Shown here piece by piece: positions 16,928 through 24,590 of a DNA stretch of 49,106 bases; the first letter of the stretch is position 1; every line of letters starts with the position of its first letter. Source of the stretch: Candidatus Woesearchaeota archaeon (GTDB taxonomy: Archaea; Nanobdellota; Nanobdellia; Woesearchaeales; GW2011-AR4); NCBI GenBank assembly GCA_016211245.1, contig JACQSQ010000055.1:1-49106 (forward strand). The letters run 5' to 3'. The notes beneath the pieces were generated by a model. It saw only the letters and a list, made by a program, of their open reading frames with translations, searched no databases and was not told where the DNA came from. Made by a program: the position numbers and the translations under genes.

Positions 16928-17836
16928 TTACTTTCCATAAGGATGCTCTTTGCTTTTTGAAAAGTATTTTTTCCAATAACCATAGCTCTTTTTATATTCT
17001 TTTGATGCTTTATTTAATTTTATCCTATAGTCAGGATTTCTTCCAACTGGTTCTGTAGTTACACCTTTTTTCTTTCCAGAAAGCGCTGCAAAATACCTTG
17101 ACCAAGATTCATATTCTTCCAGATCTTCAGGAGTCCCCCATTGCGCAAATTGCGCAATTTCCGGCACATAAACTTTAAGTTTATCTCTTTTGTATAGGTA
17201 AAAAATCATACTTATGTAATATTCCCCATTAAGGTTAATATTACTTTTCATCAATTCTTCTTGGTATTTCTTTAATTCAGAGCCCTTCTTGAAATAATAA
17301 ATTCCGCATGACTGGTGGCATTTTGTCGGAACATCTGTAAAGCAGTGCTTTTCCCTTATATCCTTCATGAAGCCGTTTTTATCAACTAGTACACCTGCAT
17401 ATAGCTTCTTGTGAAGAAGGTGAGGATGGAATCCGATATAGCACGGAACTGCACCATCGAATTTCATGGTTTTTGTTTTGCTCTTGAAATCTTCATAGTC
17501 CCAGACTGCATTGAAATCGCAATAGCATACAATTACATTTTCATTATCTTTAACATATGGAAAAGCGGATTTTATTGTAAATACAGGACCTCCCTTATGC
17601 GAGCCAATTCCTATTATTGTTGATTTTGGTTTTATTTTCTTAAGAATCAGGGCCATATTTGTATTCTTCAAATGCTTCTTGTTGCATATGAATACAAAAT
17701 CATTTTCTCCTGAAAACAATTCAACGACATACTTTATTATGAGTTTTCCGTCTACATTTATCAGCGGTTTCGGAATATTATAGCCGCTCCTGACAAATCT
17801 ATCACCGGTTCCTGCCATAGGGACAATAATCTTCAT
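16928..17836 (-). CDS. sugar-phosphate (or alditol-phosphate) nucleotidyltransferase, paralog B
   Basis: 'MKIIVPMAGTGDRFVRSGYNIPKPLINVDGKLII'. Start trimmed to the ATG at 17836, which forms an ATGA overlap with the upstream stop; the ORF track extends to 17905. Confidence 0.6.
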   Translation of the reverse strand: MKIIVPMAGTGDRFVRSGYNIPKPLINVDGKLIIKYVVELFSGENDFVFICNKKHLKNTNMALILKKIKPKSTIIGIGSHKGGPVFTIKSAFPYVKDNENVIVCYCDFNAVWDYEDFKSKTKTMKFDGAVPCYIGFHPHLLHKKLYAGVLVDKNGFMKDIREKHCFTDVPTKCHQSCGIYYFKKGSELKKYQEELMKSNINLNGEYYISMIFYLYKRDKLKVYVPEIAQFAQWGTPEDLEEYESWSRYFAALSGKKKGVTTEPVGRNPDYRIKLNKASKEYKKSYGYWKKYFSKSKEHPYGK

Positions 17837-18846
17837 TTTAGCCTCTGCCTGTATTTCTCGCTTTCCATGCTCTTTATGTTGTTGCATTCCATTTCTGACA
17901 GACATTTCGGTTTACTGAACTGCCTAATAACCAGCAAAATGTATAGCCATGCTGTAAGCACTCCTCCCATATATTTGCAGTTAATAGCGGAATTTTCAGG
18001 CAATGAAACACGCCCACTGCTGTATAAAGTTATTTTGTCTTTATCATGTTCGTCAAAAGAGAACCCTGCTGAGCAATAAACAGCAGAATCCGGAAACATG
18101 TGCTTTCGAACCAGTTCTTTATTTCCAGCAACTTTCATGAATTCCTTTACAATATTGCTGCTGAATTCACCAGAGCTATAATCCAGGTTTTCGTATTCTG
18201 GCAGGCTAATTTTATTTTTATCCAAGTAGTCTTTGACTAAGCTAATGATTTTATCAGTTACGTTTAAGCAATCTCTAAGCTCGTCTCCAGACACAATCAA
18301 GCCATGATTCTCCAATAAAATTACATACGATTGTCTATTTTCTTCATTATTTATTATATCAAATATTTCTTTTGAGAGCTCAATGCCGGGCGTTTTGTAT
18401 TCCACCCATATAGGATTGTATTGTTTTAATAGATTCATGATTATTTTTCCCCCATTACTGCTGCAAAGCAGTGCATTGACCAGAACAGGATGTGTATGGA
18501 TAACTGATTTTGAAAGAACTGCATGAAATCCTGTTTCTATCGAAGGCCTTGAAATGCTATTTTCGCTATTTTCGAGGCTCTGCTGCAGCATTCTGTTATA
18601 CTCTTTTTCTGCAGCAATCGAAAATGAGGAGTCTTTTATGGAGCTTAAATAATCCAAGATTTTTACGAAATTTATTTTGCAATAGCCCTTTGACTTAGTT
18701 ACTTCTGCAAGGCTTATCCCAGAAGATTTTACCAGCATAGATTTCGAATCAAGCTTCAAAGATATATTGCCGCCTCCTGCCTGTGCAAGCTGCTTGTTGG
18801 TTCCAATTTTTCTGCATATTAGTGCAAATTCCCTTTCTTTACGCAT
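17833..18846 (-). CDS. class II aldolase/adducin-family protein (aldolase, epimerase or dehydratase-like)
   Basis: 337 aa. 'AQAGGGNISLKLD...MLVKSSG' and 'VIHTHPVLVNAL' match class II aldolase-fold motifs. Confidence 0.55.
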   Translation of the reverse strand: MRKEREFALICRKIGTNKQLAQAGGGNISLKLDSKSMLVKSSGISLAEVTKSKGYCKINFVKILDYLSSIKDSSFSIAAEKEYNRMLQQSLENSENSISRPSIETGFHAVLSKSVIHTHPVLVNALLCSSNGGKIIMNLLKQYNPIWVEYKTPGIELSKEIFDIINNEENRQSYVILLENHGLIVSGDELRDCLNVTDKIISLVKDYLDKNKISLPEYENLDYSSGEFSSNIVKEFMKVAGNKELVRKHMFPDSAVYCSAGFSFDEHDKDKITLYSSGRVSLPENSAINCKYMGGVLTAWLYILLVIRQFSKPKCLSEMECNNIKSMESEKYRQRLK

Positions 18847-21370
18847 AAGATGTAAATTTCTTGTTTTTGAGGTTCTCAGTAATTAGATAGAGTATGAATA
18901 GTTGCGCAATCCCGTCATAGTTATCACGCCATCTCGGATTGTTGTTCTCAAGCACGTCGTCGAGGCTTGGCACAAGCAGATAAGCTGTTCTTTCTATCTC
19001 TTTCCTGCTTATGGTTCCGTCAAAAGCGCAAGAGTAAGTGCTCATGTTATCGTTATATTCCAGATTTGTCTTTAGGGTTCTGATATTTGACAATAAGTCC
19101 ATTAATTCATGAGGGGAGTAAGCATTATCAATTGTAAGTTTAAGCACCAATTTGATTTTCTTGCTTTCATCCCATTCATTTTTTATTCTCGCTTTAGGCT
19201 CGTATCTTATTGAAATGTCCGCAAAATCTTTTTGAGGCGAAACATATTTCTTTGAGTCTGAACTCCTTTTCTCGAGCTGCTTCACAACACGCTCTTTCTT
19301 GTGGGATCTTTCTTTCATATCCCTTATTATCTTCCAATGCCTCCTTAAGCCCTCGTCTGGGTCCATAAAAATCTTGAGGTCGAGCAGCTGCCTCATTTTG
19401 CTTAGGTAAAAAGTGTGGAGCCCGCTTATCAGTATAAATTTGCTTGGCGATATCCTGCTGTGCTGCGTGAACTTTCCTGTTGTATGATCGTATTGCCTCC
19501 TAAAAACCATCCTGTCTTCCTTTATCTTTTGAAGATGCTCAAGCCCTAAATTCAGAAAATTCCCTCTAGGATTAAGGTGTGTTGTTATTTTCCAGTTCTT
19601 ATTCCCTCTTTCCCATTTGTGTAAGTCATCGCCTTCAAGCAGAGTCAGGTTCTTCTCGCCGACGAAATCTTTTATAAGATTAGTAGTCCAGTTCTTTCCG
19701 CTTCCTGAGTCTCCGGCTATGCCTAGGTTCAGCGAGGAAACTTTATACTCGAGATTGCTTATTATGCCGTTTTTATAGACAAAGAACGCATTTGTCAGCA
19801 AGACCCCGATAAACAAAGTGAACACAATATCAGATATTAACCCCGCATCAAATCCAAGCTTGAGAAGCAGATGGTGAGGATTTTCCAGGCTTGCAATTGA
19901 ACTGCTAATTGGCTGGAATGAATGTAATATATCTGAGTTTTGATGCAAGACTACAAAAAACAGGACATAAAGCAGGCTTATTGCAAAATAATATTTTCTA
20001 GACACACCTTCATCTTTTATGAAAAAATAAGTCAAGAATGGTATTGACCATAAAAACCATCCGGGCCGTGGAGGAACAAAAGTTACCAGCACTATAAAAA
20101 CCATAGCCAGAGACATGATAAATGCATCTTTGTTTATGCTCTTGAAATATGCCATCCTGAAAAATAACACGGCAACTACAAGAGGCGCAATATACAGCAC
20201 AATTCCATCTTTAAGGTAAGGTATGTTTAGGACAAAAAGCCAGCTTTGCTCTTCTGCCATCAGCACAAGCTGTTTGTAGCCCTCTGAGAACAAAAAAGAC
20301 CATATTAAAAGTATATAAGTCAAGAATGATATTCCAAAATATCTGATTATGCTTATTATGCCATATCTATTTCTCCACAAATATAGGAATATAAAAGGAA
20401 CTGCCGCAAAGATATTTGACTTGGATGCCAAGGCAAGCCCTAGGAACAAAAATGAAAGAGATTCCTTCTTAATCAGCAAGAGGTAAATGGACAGTATTAG
20501 GAAAAATACAGGTATAGCGTCAAGCTGCCCATGGAAATAATTAATATAAAATACAATTGGCGAGCACCAATAAAAAATCAAAATACTTTTTTCCCTGCCT
20601 TTCAGCATAAGGGTAAGAATGTAGAAGACCCCTATATCGGCAAGCAGAAGCGGCACTCTCATCAAAAATAAGTTTATCATCCCAATTGTTTGCCAGTTCA
20701 AATCCAGCATAAAATAGAACAAATAGCTTGGGAAAGACATGGCAGCAAGCATAATTGTAGGATAGGGGAAGGCTTTCAATAAATTCTGAGCCAAGAAAAA
20801 GTCGTAAGGATTGCTGAATCCGGAAGATATAAAGTAATTGATGAATGGCGCAAATCCCTTGACCATTAAGTCTGAACCAAAGAAAAATGAGAATAAAATT
20901 TTGATTACTAAGACTGAAAGGAATAGCTTGGATTTTAATATGCCTGGAACATTGGTTTTTCTGAATGCAAAGAACTTGCAACCAAAGAAATTTGTAAATG
21001 TGGTAAATCCTATAACTATTATAACGGCTATGAGAGGATCCATTTTGTAATTATGGACAAAAGTTTTAAGAAGGCTTAATCCTAAAAATAGCGAGAACGC
21101 GTATACTATGAAGTATTTTATCAACTCCCCTTTGTAATGCTCTTTTGATTTAAATGTTTTGAACTTGTTAAGAATAAACCCTACTAAAACCCCGGCTATA
21201 TAGCCTATTGCAGATGATATAAGATATTGCACTGAAAAAAGCCTGAGAAGAAGCGCAAAAACAACATAATTCACAATTGTGCTTAATCCGCCAACTACAG
21301 CGAACTTTACAAATTGGCTATGAAAGACTGGCAAATTCAAAATTTTCCGTGACAGCATTTTAGGCAACAT
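18839..21370 (-). CDS. triple-domain fusion: GtrA-like (N-terminal), polytopic GT-C/DUF2029-like membrane domain, and phosphoribulokinase/uridine-kinase-family P-loop kinase (C-terminal)
   Basis: 843 aa. GtrA-like 'FVKFAVVGGLSTIVNYVVFALLL'. About 10 further TM helices with 'FPYPTIM' and 'HGQLDAIPVF'. C-terminus 'LGIAGDSGSGKNWT...LEGDDLHKWERG...RRQYDHTTGKF...LDLKIFMDPDEGLRRHWKIIRDMKERSH...SPQKDFADISI' matches the PRK/Udk family. Confidence 0.6.
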   Translation of the reverse strand: MLPKMLSRKILNLPVFHSQFVKFAVVGGLSTIVNYVVFALLLRLFSVQYLISSAIGYIAGVLVGFILNKFKTFKSKEHYKGELIKYFIVYAFSLFLGLSLLKTFVHNYKMDPLIAVIIVIGFTTFTNFFGCKFFAFRKTNVPGILKSKLFLSVLVIKILFSFFFGSDLMVKGFAPFINYFISSGFSNPYDFFLAQNLLKAFPYPTIMLAAMSFPSYLFYFMLDLNWQTIGMINLFLMRVPLLLADIGVFYILTLMLKGREKSILIFYWCSPIVFYINYFHGQLDAIPVFFLILSIYLLLIKKESLSFLFLGLALASKSNIFAAVPFIFLYLWRNRYGIISIIRYFGISFLTYILLIWSFLFSEGYKQLVLMAEEQSWLFVLNIPYLKDGIVLYIAPLVVAVLFFRMAYFKSINKDAFIMSLAMVFIVLVTFVPPRPGWFLWSIPFLTYFFIKDEGVSRKYYFAISLLYVLFFVVLHQNSDILHSFQPISSSIASLENPHHLLLKLGFDAGLISDIVFTLFIGVLLTNAFFVYKNGIISNLEYKVSSLNLGIAGDSGSGKNWTTNLIKDFVGEKNLTLLEGDDLHKWERGNKNWKITTHLNPRGNFLNLGLEHLQKIKEDRMVFRRQYDHTTGKFTQHSRISPSKFILISGLHTFYLSKMRQLLDLKIFMDPDEGLRRHWKIIRDMKERSHKKERVVKQLEKRSSDSKKYVSPQKDFADISIRYEPKARIKNEWDESKKIKLVLKLTIDNAYSPHELMDLLSNIRTLKTNLEYNDNMSTYSCAFDGTISRKEIERTAYLLVPSLDDVLENNNPRWRDNYDGIAQLFILYLITENLKNKKFTSYA

Positions 21371-21461
21371 TCTAAGCAGAATAATTTACAATTTAAAGAC
21401 TTTTTGAATTTTTGGGCTATTATGCAGGCATGTCGCATCATTTAAAAATATTTACTTCTCC

Positions 21462-21477
21462 ACAAAGTTTAAGAATA
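21462..21477 (+). promoter_or_regulatory. BRE/TATA-like box, leaderless-type spacing
   Basis: 'acaaagtttaagaata' is centred about 24 nt upstream of the ATG at 21495. Confidence 0.4.
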
Positions 21478-21494
21478 CACATTTTAAACCAGGT

Positions 21495-23336
21495 ATGATG
21501 ACAAAAAAACGCAAAATTATCTCATTCTGGGGGCCAGAGCTGATAATCATTTGCATCATTCTTTCCGTAATCTCTGGCTTGCAGCACATCATAATGGCAA
21601 AGGAGAATGGTGCGCTGTATGACCCCTTGCCAGTTAAGAACACGAGCATGTATATAGTAGAAGGGCTTGCATACGCTTCAAATGTTAACAGCGTTATTAA
21701 CGGCAACTATTTCCCGCTAAATGCCCATCTCGAGGGCAAAGAAAATATTTCCAATAATGTTGATATTTTTCCCAGCATTGTTTTGGGGTTGTTTGGAATA
21801 ATCTTTGGAATCGGCATAAAGGGACTGGCGATACTGACAAACTTAATACTGCCGCCCATAGTATTTCTGCTCTATTTTTATTTTTGCCACAAAATCCTTG
21901 GAATGCAAAGACTTTACTCAATTTTTGTCGCTCTTTTTCTGATTTTTTTTGTTCATGATATCGCATTGCTTGAAATTGCAAAAAACCTGCTTACAGCGAA
22001 TTTGAACTATTTCAAAACATTTTATTCCGCAAGGGCTATGTTTGTAGTCTCAAGATTTATGCAGCCCGGATTCACTATTATATCAATGATCTCCTCGCTC
22101 ATATTTCTGGTTTTATCTTTTAAGAAGAAAGGATTTGTTTACCCTGTTCTTACCGGTCTTATTGCTGCAGTACTGGCATATTCATACTTTTACTACTTCG
22201 CTTTCTTCTGGGCAACCTTTGCCTGCTTTGCATTTTTTATGGCATTATTCGCTAGAAGAAAAGAGCATATGCTCAAACTTGCGGTTATAGCTGTAATAGG
22301 CATAGCGCTCTCATTGCCTTATGTTTTACGGGTAATTGAATATGGTTCCCTTCCGCATAAGGGCGAATTGCTTGCAAGAATTGGGGCTTCGTTCGGGAGG
22401 AATATCAATATGAGCTCAATTTTATTTGCAGTTTTTCTCCTGCCTGCGGTTTTTTTAACGCTCAGAAAAGACAAGATAAACCTTTTTTTCATAAGCAGCT
22501 CTATTATTGCTGGCACGGTTCTTTTAAACATTCAGCTGCTTATTGGATATACTGTGCAATACTGGCACTGGTGGTTTAGGATAATAAATCCGCTTTATGT
22601 GATTATATCGGCGTTTTTATTGCAGGAAACTTTTTACCGGCTCAGAAAGTTAAGCATCATAGCTTATATAAAGCAAGTTCATCTAAAGATTGCCGGAATC
22701 TTCGGCGTTATGCTGCTGCTTCTTTTTGGCGCATTCATACAAATACATATTGCATCAAGCAATTACCAAAAACACAAATTTACTGAAAATGAAATCAGCT
22801 TGTATAAGTGGCTGAAGGACAATGCCCAGCCGGAATCTACTGTTTTAACAATCAGTATAGAGTACAATTACAAGCTGCAGGCATACACCCGCAATAATGT
22901 TTATCTGCCAAATGCACTTTTACACAATCTGAATTCTGAGGAGGTGATTGACAGGCTGCTTTCCGCATACAGCATTTTTTCAGTCAGCAATGAAACTTTA
23001 TGGAAGAAGATTACCTTATCTCCAAATACAAACGAATTGGAGGAATTTGAAGACTATGATTTTATCAATTATTTGTTTCATCACCAATTCAATTTTAATA
23101 AAGACAGGAATTATTTATACCCTGACGATAATGCTGTAGAAGGATTTCTCTTTCCCGAAAAATTTAGGCAACATATAATGAATAAATGGACGAAAAAAGA
23201 CTTTAAGTTTTATGATTTTGATTATGTTTTAGCCGAACCTTACTCAAAAGAAATAGGAAATACGGATATGATAAAAAAGAGATATAAGAAAGTTTATGAA
23301 AACGGCGATTTTGCCGTTTATTCAAAGAATGACTAG
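21495..23336 (+). CDS. polytopic membrane protein with a C-terminal soluble domain (possible GT-C-type glycosyltransferase)
   Basis: 613 aa. About 12 hydrophobic segments, then a roughly 190-aa hydrophilic tail. No motif I can name. Transcribed divergently from the GtrA-fusion operon. Confidence 0.3.
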   Translation: MMTKKRKIISFWGPELIIICIILSVISGLQHIIMAKENGALYDPLPVKNTSMYIVEGLAYASNVNSVINGNYFPLNAHLEGKENISNNVDIFPSIVLGLFGIIFGIGIKGLAILTNLILPPIVFLLYFYFCHKILGMQRLYSIFVALFLIFFVHDIALLEIAKNLLTANLNYFKTFYSARAMFVVSRFMQPGFTIISMISSLIFLVLSFKKKGFVYPVLTGLIAAVLAYSYFYYFAFFWATFACFAFFMALFARRKEHMLKLAVIAVIGIALSLPYVLRVIEYGSLPHKGELLARIGASFGRNINMSSILFAVFLLPAVFLTLRKDKINLFFISSSIIAGTVLLNIQLLIGYTVQYWHWWFRIINPLYVIISAFLLQETFYRLRKLSIIAYIKQVHLKIAGIFGVMLLLLFGAFIQIHIASSNYQKHKFTENEISLYKWLKDNAQPESTVLTISIEYNYKLQAYTRNNVYLPNALLHNLNSEEVIDRLLSAYSIFSVSNETLWKKITLSPNTNELEEFEDYDFINYLFHHQFNFNKDRNYLYPDDNAVEGFLFPEKFRQHIMNKWTKKDFKFYDFDYVLAEPYSKEIGNTDMIKKRYKKVYENGDFAVYSKND

Positions 23337-24424
23337 CGCCACAGCAGCTTTGCAAAATAAAAAAACCTTGGCTCTTTTAGAAGAAGATTTGCAACAAGAG
23401 GTATTGGAGTGTCTCTGTCATATTTCTTAAGTATTTTTCTGACTTTATCCTGGCTCATTAAATTCAGCAATTTGTCATAATCTTCATCTGAAAACTTGTT
23501 CAATATTTTTCTTATTCTTAAGTGCAGCAATAATTCCCTACCAGATTGTTTTTTGAATTCTTTATTGTAATCTTTGTTGTTGATTATACAATCACATAAT
23601 GACTGTGCTGCTTTTAGCGATGGAATAATGCCGCCTCCGGTAGTCGCTTTTACTTGAGCGGCTGCGTCTCCAATAAGGTATATGCTGCCTTTTTGTATTA
23701 TTTTGTTTGGGTTGTATAAGGGTATCAATCCGCTTTCCCAGCACAAGACATCTGATTTCCCAGTCCTGCTTTTCAAAAATCTATAGAAATAATGCTCAGC
23801 ATTCTCAAAGCAGCCAATGCCCAACCTAACTGTGTCATCGCTTTCAGGCACAACCCAGCCAAAAAAATCCGGGAAATCAGTTCCAAAATAACACTCAAAA
23901 GAGCTTGTGTCCATATCGAGTTTGACTTTCGCCTGCATTCCAATATAATTTTTTGAGATGGAATTCATGCCGACTGCCCTGGCAACTGCAGAGTAAGGGC
24001 CGTCAGCGCCCACAACAATTTCAGATTTAAGATTTTTTATCTTTTCATTTTTCCTATCTTTGACCTTGACTGAATTTTTTCCATTAATTCCAATAAACTT
24101 ATGATTTAACAATATCTTCACACCTTCTTTTTCAGCCATGCCGGCAACAAATTTATCGAACAAATCACGCCACATCACTATCTCATCAACATTAACTGCA
24201 ATCCTGTTATTTTTGCTGGCTACTATTACCTTGTTCAAGCGCTTCGCTATGACCCCATTCTTCAATTTGAAGAACTTTTCTATAGAGTGGGTTACTATGC
24301 CCGTGCATTGTACTGGCTTTCCAACAGCATCATGCTCCTCGATTATAGCCACATCTTTGCCCTGCCTGGCCAATAAATAGCCAAGATAGCTGCCCGCAGG
24401 ACCGGCCCCTATTATAGTGATCAT
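23333..24424 (-). CDS. geranylgeranyl reductase-family FAD-dependent oxidoreductase
   Basis: 363 aa. 'MITIIGAGPAGSYLGYLLARQGKDVAIIEE' (GxGxxG) and 'LIGDAAAQVKATTGGGI'. Confidence 0.75.
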   Translation of the reverse strand: MITIIGAGPAGSYLGYLLARQGKDVAIIEEHDAVGKPVQCTGIVTHSIEKFFKLKNGVIAKRLNKVIVASKNNRIAVNVDEIVMWRDLFDKFVAGMAEKEGVKILLNHKFIGINGKNSVKVKDRKNEKIKNLKSEIVVGADGPYSAVARAVGMNSISKNYIGMQAKVKLDMDTSSFECYFGTDFPDFFGWVVPESDDTVRLGIGCFENAEHYFYRFLKSRTGKSDVLCWESGLIPLYNPNKIIQKGSIYLIGDAAAQVKATTGGGIIPSLKAAQSLCDCIINNKDYNKEFKKQSGRELLLHLRIRKILNKFSDEDYDKLLNLMSQDKVRKILKKYDRDTPIPLVANLLLKEPRFFYFAKLLWR

Positions 24425-24447
24425 AGACTTAGGATGAAAGGTAGATT

Positions 24448-24467
24448 TATATATATATATATATATA
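24448..24467. repeat. (TA)10 microsatellite
   Basis: 'tatatatatatatatatata' lies 24-43 nt upstream of the reductase ATG at 24424. Confidence 0.95.
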
Positions 24468-24514
24468 GTGCCATACCTATGAGTATACTGTAACCACTAC
24501 CTAATAATAAAAAC

Positions 24515-24530
24515 CGAAAAGTTTAAATAC
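24515..24530 (+). promoter_or_regulatory. BRE/TATA-like box
   Basis: 'cgaaaagtttaaatac' lies about 60 nt upstream of the ATG at 24591, which is preceded by the G-rich 'ggggggaag'. Confidence 0.4.
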
Positions 24531-24590
24531 TAGCGTTTTATCCTTTTGTACTTACTGATTAATAGTACTAAATAACGAGTTGGGGGGAAG

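Noticed and set aside
17837-17905. N-terminal extensions proposed by the ORF track for four genes: 16928-17905, 16098-16976, 36310-37494 and 47654-48127.
   Set aside because: In each case an internal ATG sits 1-5 nt from, or in an ATGA overlap with, the upstream gene's stop and directly precedes the conserved N-terminal motif. The longer versions would overlap upstream genes by 50-75 nt.
21452-21981. Minus-strand ORFs of 84 and 94 aa at the divergent promoter and the 5' end of the 613-aa gene.
   Set aside because: They overlap the start of a long plus-strand membrane-protein ORF and the promoter box. They have no motifs, and hydrophobic antisense translation is typical of membrane genes.
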